The notes under the pieces: generated by a model
The model's database searches: none
What the model saw: the letters and a program-made list of their open reading frames with translations, nothing else
Told to the model about the DNA's origin: nothing
Program-made: the position numbers and the translations under genes
DNA from: Octopus sinensis
Taxonomy: Eukaryota
Length of the DNA: 64,000 nt
Reading direction: 5' to 3'
Assembly (NCBI RefSeq): GCF_006345805.1
Contig: NC_043006.1
Location: 40,238,001 to 40,302,000 of the forward strand
Shown here: positions 24,836 through 37,729 of the stretch, in pieces
Numbering within the stretch: the stretch's first letter is position 1
How the letters are laid out: each line of letters begins with the position of its first letter

Positions 24836-24871
24836 TTCAATATTTCGGGGTTATGACCCCATTTTCAAGAA
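24836..24871 (-). ncRNA. Minimal hammerhead-like motif, U3-A8 variant
   Basis: uuc-UUGAAAA-U-ggggu(caua)acccc-GAAA-UA-UU-gaa; stem I only 3 bp. Confidence 0.4.
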
Positions 24872-25016
24872 ATTGACGAATGTTTGCCGATGTCGGTCGC
24901 CTTGCAATTGTTCGATTGAACTAAAATTTTGCATAGATTGTTTATTTGTTAATTGGAACAAGATTAGTGGAGTGGGAGTTAAACTTTTAGAAAGTTGAAA
25001 AATAAGGGCCACTCTA

Positions 25017-25274
25017 ATGTCCATATTGCAGAAAGGATTCCTTCCAATATTCTTTAGTGGTGAAATTATTATAGAAGACTCTTTATTTATGGAAGATGGG
25101 GCTCTTAGTCACACGGATAAAATGACCCTAGATTTACTAGATGAGAATGGTATTAAAAAGCTTCCGTGGCCAAGCCGGTCACCAGATATGAACCCAATTG
25201 AACACCTCTGGGGCATAATGGACAGGACACATCATAAAAAGAACAAGAAAGCATCTTTTGAGATTACTGCATGA
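25017..25274 (+). pseudogene. Tc1 (DD34E) transposase fragment
   Basis: FMEDGALSH..WPSRSPDMNPIEHLWGIM. Confidence 0.85.
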
Positions 25275-25491
25275 AAATTGACAAGAAATTCCTCAAGAGA
25301 ATATCCTTCATCTGATCATTTACCTGCCTAATAAAGTCCTTGCATTGAAAAAAGCAAGGGGCATGTCTATTAAATATTAAATATTCAGATTATAGCAATT
25401 GATAAATAATTTGAATGTATAATTTCAGATTTAGATAAATTTTTAAGATTATAAAGGCATCTATTTACTTCTGTCATGTGTGTGTATGTGT

Positions 25492-25527
<36 letters not shown>

Positions 25528-25742
25528 GAACTCCTATTGGAACTTACATACCATGGACAAGAAGCCTTTTTACCTATTCGATACAATACATCCTTTGGAT
25601 AATGGTACAAGAAGTTTAACAAGCAGTATATATCTTTATCTCTATTCTCATATTTCCCTTCATAATTCCTATATCTCTCCCTTTACAAAATAACTTCTTA
25701 TAATGAACTCTACTATTTCCTTCTATTTAACTCTCTCATATC

Positions 25743-25789
25743 GTCTCTGATGATGGGACATCTTTTATATCCTTGAATAGCTGTAAGAC
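25743..25789 (+). ncRNA. Degenerate type-I hammerhead (paired with 26608-26659)
   Basis: gucu-CUGAUGA-stem II-UGAAU-AGCU-GUA-agac; GAAAC altered. Confidence 0.45.
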
Positions 25790-25854
25790 TACCTCTCTGT
25801 TTATAAATTGTCCTAGAATTTCACACTGTTGTTTCATTTCTTCATTTTATTTAA

Positions 25855-25897
<43 letters not shown>

Positions 25898-25900
25898 TAT

Positions 25901-26232
25901 ATATAATATTATTAGAGACAAAACCACTATTTTGCAAAACAAAACAAGGAAGACTTAATCAATACATAAAATTTTAATAAAAAGTCAAAAAAACCGCCAC
26001 TACAATTGTTTCTTGTCTTAATCGACAATCTTCAGGTGGACTTCCAATTTACAAGTCAGTTTCAAATTTGAAACTGACTTGTAAATTGGAAGTCCACCTG
26101 AAGATTGTCGATCAAGACAAGAAACAATTGTAGTGGCGGTTTTTTTGACTTTTTATTAAAATTTTATGTATTGATTAAGTCTTTCCTTGTTTGTTTTGCA
26201 AAATAGTGGTTTTGTCTCTAATAATATTATAT
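25901..26232. repeat. 332-bp palindrome containing an inverted hammerhead pair
   Basis: Centre between 26066 and 26067; arms differ by one substitution and one indel. Confidence 0.9.
26094..26136 (+). ncRNA. Minimal type-I hammerhead ribozyme, intact core (inverted copy at 25997-26039)
   Basis: ccac-CUGAAGA-uuguc(gaucaa)gacaa-GAAAC-AAUU-GUA-gugg. Confidence 0.8.
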
Positions 26233-26310
26233 AATATTTTACTATAAAATTGGATTTAATCCTAAATCTGATTTTTTCCTGTAAATTTGGATTTATTCCC
26301 TAATATTTAT

Positions 26311-26342
<32 letters not shown>

Positions 26343-26607
26343 TATATATGTTATATATATATATATATATATAAACCTTTGACTTTGCAACACTGTATAT
26401 AATTCTCTACTGGGAATGACCAAGTTTAACATCTGCTGGATCTCACTCATAGGATATTGGAACATTGCATATATACCATTATGCCTAAAAAATAGATTTA
26501 CAACTTCAATACCCATACATATCTTACATCTATTTTCTTTCCTCCATCTCACTCTCTATTTTGTATCACATCTAAACTAACTATGACTTAATTTTTCCTC
26601 CCACACC

Positions 26608-26659
26608 GTCTCCGATGAAGGGATATAATTAATAAATATCCTAGAAACAGCTGTAAGAC
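26608..26659 (+). ncRNA. Type-I hammerhead, U4C variant
   Basis: gucu-CCGAUGA-A-gggauau..auauccu-A-GAAAC-AGCU-GUA-agac. Confidence 0.55.
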
Positions 26660-26726
26660 CTTCTATCTATAAATGCTCTATTATCTACACATCCTTGGTT
26701 TTTTTTATCTTATTACGCAAAAAATT

Positions 26727-26804
<78 letters not shown>

Positions 26805-27061
26805 TTGAAACTGCACCAAGGATTTCACACATTTTCCAATATTATATATATATATATATTATATATATATTATATATTATATATATATATATATATATAG
26901 GTGAGAAATTGGGTGTGAAAGCACGTGGTTGAATATATAGTAAAATAGTAAAAAGTGAAAAAACTACAGAAGGCTTGTTTTAAAAGGTTAAAAAATATAT
27001 ATTTGAGTCATTATGTCAGAAGAATGTTATAAATTTTTTTCATACAATGACATAGTTTTTG

Positions 27062-27101
27062 AAGAAATGACCGGTTTCGCGTTCAGCTTTTCAAATTTCT
27101 T
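27062..27101 (-). ncRNA. Minimal hammerhead, U3-A8 variant, GUC cleavage triplet
   Basis: aagaaau-UUGAAAA-gc(ugaac)gc-GAAA-CCGG-UC-auuucuu; 7-bp stem I. Confidence 0.6.
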
Positions 27102-27137
27102 ACATCGTTATGTTTTCGTTGAGAAGTGTAAAGAAAA

Positions 27138-27731
27138 GTCTGTAAATCCCTACTTATCAATACATTCACACATATATACATGCTCTCTCACTCACACACA
27201 TATATATATATATCCTTATAAATATGTATATATGTGACAAACCTAATCTGCATCAATATTTCAATAGCAGCTCACCTGGATTTCTCTTATAGCCACTCTT
27301 GACGCCGTGGATCTAGTCTCGGATGAAGAATTCGGAGTTTAATTTCAATTCATTTGAGCACAACTGTGTTTTCTATACCGAGCATAGCTAGCTCTCACCT
27401 ATTGTCTGTAAATCCCTACTTATCAATACATTCACACATATACACATGCTCTCTCACTCACACACATATATATATATCCTTATAAATATGTATATATGTG
27501 ACAAACCTAATCTGCATCAATATTTCAATAGCAGCTCACCTGGATTTCTCTTATAGCCACTCTTGACGCCGTGGATCTAGTCTCGGATGAAGAATTCGGA
27601 GTTTAATTTCAATTCATTTGAGCACAACTGTGTTTTCTATACCGAGCATAGCTAGCTCTCACCTATTGTCTGTAAATCCCTACTTATCAATACATTCACA
27701 CATATACACATGCTCTCTCACTCACACATAT
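27138..27731. repeat. Tandem duplication, unit about 265 bp, 2.2 copies
   Basis: Units start at 27138, 27404 and 27668 and are nearly identical. Confidence 0.9.
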
Positions 27732-27819
27732 ACTCAAACTCCCATCCAGACCTGTGTGTGTGTGTGTGTGTACACGCGTGTGCGTGCGTGCGTGTTCGTA
27801 AACGTTCATCTCGATTCAC

Positions 27820-28007
27820 CTTTGAACAAGGAGAGCAGTGACGACAAAAGCACAATAATTTCGAGCATCACCAAATTGCTTCGATTCGATTACATAACAG
27901 TAACCATGGTAATAAAATATGAATAATGGCACACCTGTATATTCAGTCGGTTCTGATATTACACAATCAATTGCACCTCCGACCAGTGATAATTGTTTAT
28001 CTTTCAC
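27820..28007 (-). CDS. Putative exon (VKDKQLSLVGGAIDC..YYHGYCYVIESKQFGDARNYC..VQ), product unknown
   Basis: CAG acceptor, AAG|gtgaat donor, open frame, phase 0 to 2; phase-compatible with 30971-31182. Confidence 0.4.
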
Positions 28008-28789
28008 CTGTACTTGAATTAATTTGATTCAATGACATACCCGTTTAGGAAGTCGAGGTCTGTTTATATCAATGAACACGTTCTTTTTCTGTTACTTTCA
28101 TTAGTTGCTGACTTCATTAGTGTCTGTTTAATGACAACTGTTTAATTACAAATCCATTTCTGATTATATGGGATTGTCAGAAAAAAATGCTTATTTGTTT
28201 CCAGTGTTATCTAAATCAGCGTGGAAAATATTTTTTAATGTAGTGTTTTACGGTCTCTAGTGGATTGGTGGTTAAGTTATTTGGCTCACGGTAGTCAGGT
28301 CGTGAGTTCGATTCATGTCACTACGCTGTGTCCTTGAGAAAGATACTTAAAAATACATTCACACATATACACATGCACTTTCAGTCACACATATACTTAA
28401 GGTCCCATCCAGACCTGTATGTGTGTGTTTGTATGTGCGCATGCGTATTCGTAATGGTGGTGTGTTGTGTCCTTGGGCAAGATACTTTATTTCATGTTTC
28501 TTCACTCCACACAGCAAAATGACTTACATCTATAATTCAGAGAGCCAACCTTGTCACACTGAGAACTATGTTAAGGGTACACACGTCTGTGGGGGTACTC
28601 AGCCACTTGCATGTTAATCTCACGAGTAGGCTCTTCCGTTGATCGAATCAGCTGGAACCCTTATCATCGTGACCATCGGACTGTAAGTTGGAATTATATA
28701 TTCTTCCTCTTCAACTTCCGTTTATCACTTTTGAACTTTGAATAAATTTTACCGATTTTCAGATATATGATGATCGAGTGTCATATTCA

Positions 28790-28957
28790 TTCTTTTACTT
28801 GTCTCAGTCATTTGACTGCGGTCATGCTGGAGCATCGCCTTTAGTCGAGCAAATCGACCCCAGGACCTAGTCTTTGTTCTATCGGTGTCTTTTACCGAAC
28901 CGCTAATTAATGGGGACGTGAACACACTAGCATCGGTTGTTGGGGGACAAACACAGA

Positions 28958-29031
<74 letters not shown>

Positions 29032-29225
29032 AACACACACACAAATGTATATATATATATATACGATGGGCTTCTTTCAGTTTCCGTCTACCAAATCCAC
29101 TTACAAAGCTTTGGTCGGTCCGAGGCTATAGTAGAAGACACTTGCCCAAGGTGGCACGCAGTGGGAATGAACTCAGAACCATGTGGTTGGTAAGCAAACT
29201 ACTTACCACACAGCCACTCCTGCGC
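28790..29225 (-). mobile_element. SINE family A
   Basis: Sequence match. Confidence 0.9.
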
Positions 29226-30970
29226 CTATCGAAAAAAAAATGAGCATTTTCAACCTCTGCTTCGTGCCCCTGTCAGTGAAGGTCCCGAAGCTGCTAAACC
29301 CGCTCGAGACATTTGCACTGTGTACAGGGAAGGCGCTGTTACTGAAAGAACTGCATGAAAATAGTTTTCACGCTTCAAGGAGGGGGTAATTCGAAACCAC
29401 ATACAGACACTCTGCATTTAAGCCACCTTGTTCAGTTGAGCGAAGATCGATCGAACGAGGTCAGCCACAAAGATCCGTGTCAACCCACTTGAGAATTGGT
29501 CCAACCGTTGGGATGCTCATAGGACACCGTCACCTTCATTCAATGGGTAAGGTCCAAACGCCTCAGCTGGAGACACGGCGTGCTTCTTCATCACGTCAAC
29601 ACTACGTATACATATGAACCGTTTAGCCTTTATCATTAACTTGTTTCAGTTATTAGACTGCGGCCATGCTGGGGCACCACCTTGATGAGTCAGCTACTTA
29701 CTGTATAGTTTTTGTTAATTATCTGAACTACTGGTTTACGGAGATGTAACCAACCCAACACCGGTTGTCAAGCAATGGTGGTGGTGGCGAGACAAACACA
29801 AACAGAAAGAAACGTGCGCGCACACACGCACGGACACACACGTACAGACATACATACACGCATTTAAACATACACGTACGCACATAGACATACGCGCACA
29901 CGCACACACGCATACACACACGCACACACACTCACACACATACACACACGCTCTCTCTCTCACACACACGCACACATGACGGGGTTCCATTCAGCTTCAA
30001 ATTCACTCACACGGCTTTGATCGGTCTAGGGTTATACAAGATAAAACTTTTAACCAAGATGCCGGGCAGTGGGATTGAACTCAAAGCTAAGTGGTTACAA
30101 AGCGTGTTTCTTAGCCACACAGCCATGCCATCCGTTTTCTGGTATTCAGTAAGTTTCTCCTCCAGGTCTTTATTGAGGTATGAGAGTCCAATATTTCTAG
30201 AATGGCTTGAAAGATCACCGGAGTTCACTGTCGATCCATAGATTTATCTCTTCAGCTTTAACCAGTTAGGTTCGTATTGTTGCAGTTGTTGTTTAGCAGA
30301 TGATGTTTAAATATACATTAAAAAAGATAGTTGGACTCATCTTCTCTTTGACTTTATTTTGAGCTTCAATTTCTCGATATCGATATATTTTGGGTCGCAA
30401 CAGGAGTTTCAAAAGCGAAACAATCCTTTCGTATAAGATTTCACAACGAAAGCATTTAAATTCTTTATACTCTTCGCTCAGGCAGCAGAATCGTTAGCAC
30501 GCGGAGCAAAATGCTGAGCGGTGTTTCGCGCGTCTTTACGCTCTGTGTTGAAATTCCGCCGAGATCGACTTTGACTTCCATCCTTTCGGACTCGATAAAA
30601 TAAGTACCAGTTGAATACTGGGGTTGATGTAATCGATTAAACTATTCCTAGGTATGAGTATAGAGAAAACTGCATCCCTTTGCCAAACCATATCGAGCCA
30701 GTGTGGTAGAGTGGGCTCATCAAACCAGTATGATCTGAAGCCATTCTCTGGGGAAGAGAACTTGCTGAGGCCGTCATCCTGCAGTGGACTGAACATGAGC
30801 AGTCCAATCTAATTTAATCTAATCTAATACTCTTTGCTCGTAGTACATCTATAATTACCACAGCGGTCCCAGTCACTGACACCTTGGTGTGGACGATAAA
30901 CTTCACAGCAAAATAACATAATAAAAGTATATGTCTGGTTTATTATGATACGTGATGTTATACATGTTAC

Positions 30971-31182
30971 AGGTAGGTATGTTTTAGAAAAATATTTCCG
31001 TAGTGTTATTTGCGCTGTGCCCACACTTTTGAGGATAAAATTACACTCAAAACTTTCCAGCATAAAATTACAATTATCTACTCTCATCTTGCATTCAACA
31101 GATCTTGTTTGTTGAAGTAATTGGTTTGTCGTAATATAATTTAGCTCTGGGTGAAATTCGTCCCAGCATAGTTTTATTCTAT
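30971..31182 (-). CDS. Putative exon (DRIKLCWDEFHPEL..TLRKYFSKTYLP), product unknown
   Basis: Lies within a 159-codon open frame in AT-rich non-repeat DNA; AG acceptor and gtaaca donor; phase 1 to 0. Confidence 0.4.
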
Positions 31183-31731
31183 CTATATACATCACAGGAG
31201 GTAGGGGTCCTTTTCGCCATTTTATAGCAATGAAACAAATGTTTATTGAATTCATAACTCCATGAAAATTGTAATTTATGATTTCACTAACGTCTATAAA
31301 CACACCTAATCAGATTCTGTTTACCTTTTATCGATGTTGTTTTTCTTTCGGTTTTCTCCGGTTTTGTTCGTGTTCTAATGTCCAATCACGTTGTTCGTAG
31401 CCAATCTCTGCCTGTTGAATTCAAATCTGAAACGAATGCTGATACAATGTTGAATGAAAGGTTTCTTTTGTGACTGTGATCAGAAGAATAAACCAGATAT
31501 TTAACAAGGTTCAGAGTTCTGGCATTAATTCTCGAGATGCTATTATTCATCTAGGATACAATGAATTGTCTCCCACGCTAAAGTATGGATCTGTTCACGC
31601 CGAATGCTTATGCTTGCACCATTTATGTATGTATGTATGTATGTATGTATGTATGTATGTATGTATGTATGTATGTATGTATGTATGCATGTGTGTGTGT
31701 GTATATGTATACACATACACACGTGTGTGTA

Positions 31732-31763
<32 letters not shown>

Positions 31764-31835
31764 TGTGTATATCTGCCTCTTCCTCTCTCTCCCTCTCTCT
31801 ACCCCCTCTCTCTATTATATCACCCCTTCCTCTCT

Positions 31836-31935
31836 NNNNNNNNNNNNNNNNNNNNNNNNNNNNNNNNNNNNNNNNNNNNNNNNNNNNNNNNNNNNNNNNN
31901 NNNNNNNNNNNNNNNNNNNNNNNNNNNNNNNNNNN
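31836..31935. other. Assembly gap (100 N)
   Basis: N run. Confidence 1.
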
Positions 31936-32974
31936 AACTCTGAAATGTCAGTTTCGACCTCCTCCTGGCTTGCGAAACAGACGGTAGTCCAAAGGAGCAA
32001 GGTCGGGAGAATATGGTGGATGAGGAATGTTTTCCTAACCAAGCTCTTCGCTCTTCTGTGATGTGATTTTTGCAGTGTGGGGTCGCGCATTATCCTAACG
32101 AAACAGCATTCCTTTTCGATTCACTAAAGCAGCTCTTTTTTCTTCAAAGCTTGGCTCAAACGCTCTAATTGCTGACAGAAGACTTGAGCATAGATTGTTG
32201 CATTAGGTGGTAACAATTCAAAGTGAATTACTCCTTTGCAATCCCACCAAATAGAGAGAAGAACCTTTTTCCCATGAAGTTTCCTTCTCGGTTGTGGATG
32301 AGCTTTTTCCCTTTTACCAAGCCACTGTTTTCAACGTTTAACATTTCGATAGAAGATCCATTTGTCGTCACCAGTCACAAGTCTATCCAAAAAGGGTGAA
32401 ATGAGTTCGCAAGAATGGAGAGAAGAGCAGATATCAACTCGGTATTTGCGGTTGTTTCGGACAATTCATGAGGCACTCATTTTCCAAGTTTAGGAACCTT
32501 TCCAAGTTTTAGAGGATGATAATGAACTGTTGTATGGTTTGAACTAAGCTTTACTTCCAATTCTTCAACTGAAAATGCAGGGTTTTCTTCAAGAAATGCC
32601 TCAAGGAGCTTATCATCAAACTCAACCGGACGTCCTGTTCGATCTTCATCTTCAAGATTCTGCAAGTTCTTTCATTCAAGCATTCTTTCCCATAAAATGA
32701 GTGTATGTTTCGAGTCGCTTCAGCTGCAGAGTTTGCTCTTTTGTACTCATAAAGCATTATATGCCTTAAATGCTCTTTGGGTACTTCCCTGTTAGAAAGG
32801 GTTTTAATCAAAGAAATTTTAATCCTATTATTCTATAAAATAATATTTAATTAATGTAAATGCACACAAATGTATAAAAAATTATTTTTATTCCATTAGA
32901 CATTCTAAAATACCATTAAATTTCATTCAATTTTAAAAAAGGTAAAATCAGAGAGAACTTATGGGATGACATGA
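31936..32974 (-). mobile_element. Degenerate mariner element, 3' end lost at the gap
   Basis: TA-flanked TIR TCATGTCATCCCATAAGTTC; KEHLRHIMLYEYK..EATRNI; frameshifted HDNARPH and HPPYSP-like motifs. Confidence 0.85.
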
Positions 32975-33149
32975 TAAAAGAAAAAGAAAATGGAGATTAG
33001 GATGTCAATAATTGTTTATTATTAACAGTAAATTAATCATCATCCCTTAGAGCTATTTCAATTAATACTCAATAAATATTAAGTAAATATTAAATTTACA
33101 CAACCTGAGCATAATATCCACAGAGGAAAAGAAATATACCCTCGGATGC

Positions 33150-33800
33150 TATAATGAATTTATAAACACATATAAAACATCCAAGGGTATAAGCTATAAT
33201 GAATCCATAAACATTTCTAGGTTTTGTGTAAACCTGTTGGTACATAGTCTAATGCACGTATGATAATGGGTACAAATGAGAATTCGTAGTCGGTGCAAGA
33301 GCTGTAATTTCCTCATTAATTTACCATAAATATTCTCTTGTTCTTGGACTTTGATGGTAAAGTCACATCGGCTGGGAAGTTGACTTCTACAAAATTGCAT
33401 GTCTTTTGTTCCCCGACCCACAGAACAATATCAGATTTGTTATGTTAGGAGCGAATTGTTGTTTTTATTGGAATAATGTTTTTAAAGGTGTGGATACACA
33501 TTTGTTCTTCTATGACTTCGTTGTAGACTTTAGGGCAATCATTTCTGCAGACAGCATTGTAATTAGTCGATGCAAGTATATTGTGCCTCAGGAGTAGGTA
33601 GTATCTCGCAGACATTTTTAACAACCGCTGAAACAGACGTACCTCTGAAGACGTTGTTGTTCTCACTTTTGAGTATGCATGTAATGTGCTTATTTATTTC
33701 TTTACTGTTCAGCAGGTGTTGTCTGAGTGATACAATGCGACATTCATAGGCTGTTTGAACTGATCTTATGCTTCTGCCGCCATCTTTTCGTCTCACATTG
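33150..33800 (-). mobile_element. REL-endonuclease LINE (R4-like) 3' fragment
   Basis: RKDGGRSIRSV and HNKSDIVLW..FVEVNFPAD..FVPIII in shifted frames. Confidence 0.65.
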
Positions 33801-34703
33801 ATTCTGTCTGTGTACGTATACGCATACTCACATATCTATACAGACACGCTCGCACCCAAGCACTCACGCAGACATACTGAAACCTACACAAAGATACATT
33901 TTAAGTTTACTCGTTGAGCAATGTAAACGAAGCATGACTTAGGTGAAAAGCAAAGGTAAGAAGTAACAGACGAGACCAAAACGTGTGAGAGCAACTTAGA
34001 AAGGTAGACAACGATGAAACTAGTAGCATAGTCAGAATACATATCCAGTTGATTATTTACCTACAAACATCGTTTACTAACGTTATACTATATGCCTAAA
34101 CTTCGTGCATATATTTACTTGCAGAAATATCAGGTAATTTTCAAATAAATATGTGGCTTTTATCTTTAGGGAGACATATCTATCTATCTATATATATATT
34201 ATATATATATATATATATCGCCGCTATAGCTTTACTCAGCTTCACAGAATCGGCGGGCGTATTTTTAGTTTTTTACTCTTTTACATTTAGACATCATATG
34301 ACTGTGCCATTATTTTTTTTTTTTTTTTTTTTTTTTACATATCGATGTACGTACATCTCTCACTTTTAATACTTTCCCTACATTTTCTCATATAATAATT
34401 GTGTAAGAGTATTTTCTAACGGCACTTAAAATTTTCCGATATAGTTTATCATCACTCTTCACAGTTTATCGCTTTACTTACCTTCGCACAATTGCTTCTC
34501 TCTCTCTCTCTCTCGCTCTCCTCTCTCTCTCTTCATACATATAAAGATATATATATATATATATATATAATATATATATACATACATACACACACCACCA
34601 CCTATATATATATATGTATACACACATACATACACACATATATCTATATATATACATATATATATATATGTATACACACACACACATACACACACACACA
34701 CAC

Positions 34704-34743
<40 letters not shown>

Positions 34744-35227
34744 CCTCTCTCTATTTGTGTCCTTTCTCTTTCCATAAATCTAAAGTTACCCCTCTGTCTC
34801 CTTCTACTCCTTCTACTCCTCATTATAGGCGTGCATATATATATATTTTTCTGTATGTTCATAGAGAACTTGCATCTCTCTTTCTCATCCCCCAACTCTC
34901 TCAGTAAAAGCACCCCTTTCTATCACATCACGTTCTCTTCCTTTCTTTCCCTCTTTTTTTTTCTATTTATAAGCATATTTATACTTTCAGACAAATCCAC
35001 TTTAATTCAAAAACTAAAATTGCTCTATTTTCTCTTGATGTTTTCTCAAACAAAAACCAGGGCTCGACTGCCGAATGACCTCTCGTTGTCTCATATAATT
35101 TTAGCCAGCATGCAGACATGGTTGCGTGGTTAAATAGTTCGCTTCGGAACCACCTGGCTTCGGGTTCGGTTCCATTGCACTGCACCTCAGGTAAATTTCT
35201 ACTTATAGCTCCGGGCCGAGCAATGTC

Positions 35228-35288
<61 letters not shown>

Positions 35289-35804
35289 TTTGTGTTTGTC
35301 GTACACCACTGCATGACAGTGTTGATTTACGTTCCTGTAACTTTGCAGTTCGGCAAAATATTCCGATAAAATAAGTACCAGATTTAAAATATGTGCTGGA
35401 GTCGACTCCTTCGACTAAATCCTTGAAGGCGGTGCCCAAAACATGGCTCCAGTCGAACAACTAAAACTATTAAAAGGTAACCGATATGAACTATGGGAGT
35501 AAGATCAAAAAGGGCTAAGATGCTCTTTTTCGATTGGGTACGAAAAGTCAAATGATACAAAAGAAAATAACTTCTTGGTTTCTAACGTAGACAAAACATA
35601 AGAGAAACAAACACGTCGAGTCTTATTGTGAATGGATCTAAAGTTTAGTTGATTGAATAAAACTGTTTTGTTACTCTTCTCCCCTTTCGGCGATGAAACA
35701 GCGAACAAAACATGCAAACACAGGGTCTTTTCACTTAAGCCCACCGCTCTTTTTGGAGGATAGGCTTTCGATGACTTTTTCTCCGCTCTTTCTATCTCTT
35801 TCTC

Positions 35805-36212
35805 TTTTTACTCTTTTACTTGTTTCAGTCATTTGACTGCGGCCATGCTGGAGCACCGCCTTTTAGTCAAGCAAATCAACCCCAGGACTTATTCTTTATA
35901 AGCCTAGTACTTATTCTATCGGTCTCTTTTGCCGAACCGCTAAGTAATGGGGACGTAAACACACCAGCATCAGTTGTCAAGCAATGCTAGGGAGACAAAC
36001 ACAGACACACAAACACACACAGGCTTATATATATATATATATACATATATACGACAGGCTTCTTTCAGTTTCCGTCTACCAAATCCACTCACAAGGCATT
36101 GGTCGGCCCGGGGCTATAGCAGAAGACACTTGCCCAAGATGCCACGCAGTGGGACTGAACCCAGAACCATGTGGTTGGTTAGCAATCTACTTACCACACA
36201 GCCACTCCTACG
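35805..36212 (-). mobile_element. SINE family A
   Basis: Sequence match. Confidence 0.9.
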
Positions 36213-37729
36213 CTATCTCTGGGCTGTTTTTTCCTCTCCCACGTCTTGTTGGTTTTAAATTCTCATCGATGCTTCTACAACTATGCTTCTTTTCTAGGTG
36301 GGCATGTTGGTACTTCACAAACTCATTTTTACCGTTGGGAAGAGGTGGTCCATATTAGTCTGGCCTATGTCCGTCATGGGAGGCTATACCAGGAGCTTGG
36401 AGCTTGCACTCCGCTGGCACAGCGTTCGGGGTGATTGAGGAATACCAACTACCACACAGCAACACTTGCAGGACCTTGGGGTGTGGATAGCTTGAAGTGT
36501 ATACGAAAAGTAAATGTGATGCAAGGTTAGAGCAGACATCTTAAATGCCAGGGGGGAAGAGATAATCACAAATATTGTTTAGGAGAATTTGCAATGGGCG
36601 TGTGTTTGAGAGTAGTAGCTACATTGCGTATCATTAATATCCGGACCGGCGACTTGCCCAAACCAATGCAATTCTTTTACGCCAAATGTCTCGCTCGAGC
36701 GAAGCACCACAAACGTTTGACTTGGATTTTAGTCACGCTGGTCATTTGCAGGCTGAAATATCTCATCTGAGCACGCTGCGACTACAGATAATAGCAGTAA
36801 TTCGTTAACTGAACTGGTTGATCCTGGCCGCTGGTAGTTTGTTCATTTGCTCAGCATTTAGTGATATTTGTCACTGATTTAATAAGATTCATTTGCCAAA
36901 ATAGTTTACACCTGCCATACTGCCTCTCACGATTTCAACGTACCCTGGCTCACGTGGTTACATGCTATTTAATTCATAGCTGAGACCCTGGATGGTGCTA
37001 CCACTCCGTGTCAGAGTAAACCTGAGAACAATATTGGTTAAGAAGTGGCTCTACTCATCTCAAATCTCCGTAGCTCTCGATCCAAAACCCCACTTCCGGA
37101 TGCAGTTTAAAGTCAAAACCAAGAATGTGTATGCAGGGGATTAAATATACAAATGGGTCTGAACGTTGAGCAGCCGAAAGCCGATTCAGCTATGTCAGGC
37201 AATTTCCAATGACAGTAGGTGAGAAGAAAGGTTGCTATTCTCACTTCATCAGAAACATAATTACATCAGGCAGTTTGTATTCTTGTTAAATGCCTTGAAA
37301 TAAGAGCTAGGTCAAGTGTATCTTGCAATGCGGTCGTAAACGGTTATGTGCAAATCAAGTACAATAAACGGCAAAAGAAAACTTGCTAGATCCGTTCAGC
37401 CAAGTAAAGACGAGGACCACTTTCGAGTTGTTGAGCTATCTTGGTCTGGTCTGGTCTGGTAAGAATAACTTCAGGTAAGCTGATGTTCAGCTGTATTGCG
37501 TTGTAAGCTGCTAAAGAAAGATGTTCGTGAAGGTAAGGAGAGACTTAATTAAACAATGGTATTGATTGAGGCACCAGTCAATTTCTTTATTAACCATGAG
37601 GTTGAGAAAAAGAGGGGACGATAGAAGGACAGTCATCTATCTCACGTAGGTATTTTCTATGTCAGGCTTGGCAACATGCTCTGCGTTTAAGAAACTCTAC
37701 TCACTTTGTAAATTTGGCAACCAAGTGTG

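Noticed and set aside
27325-27375. CGGATGAAG.. as a hammerhead in the 265-bp repeat
   Set aside because: No GAAA core or stem I partner found
36814-36826. CTGGTTGATCCTG, matching the 18S rRNA 5' end
   Set aside because: Only 13 nt; flanks do not continue as rRNA
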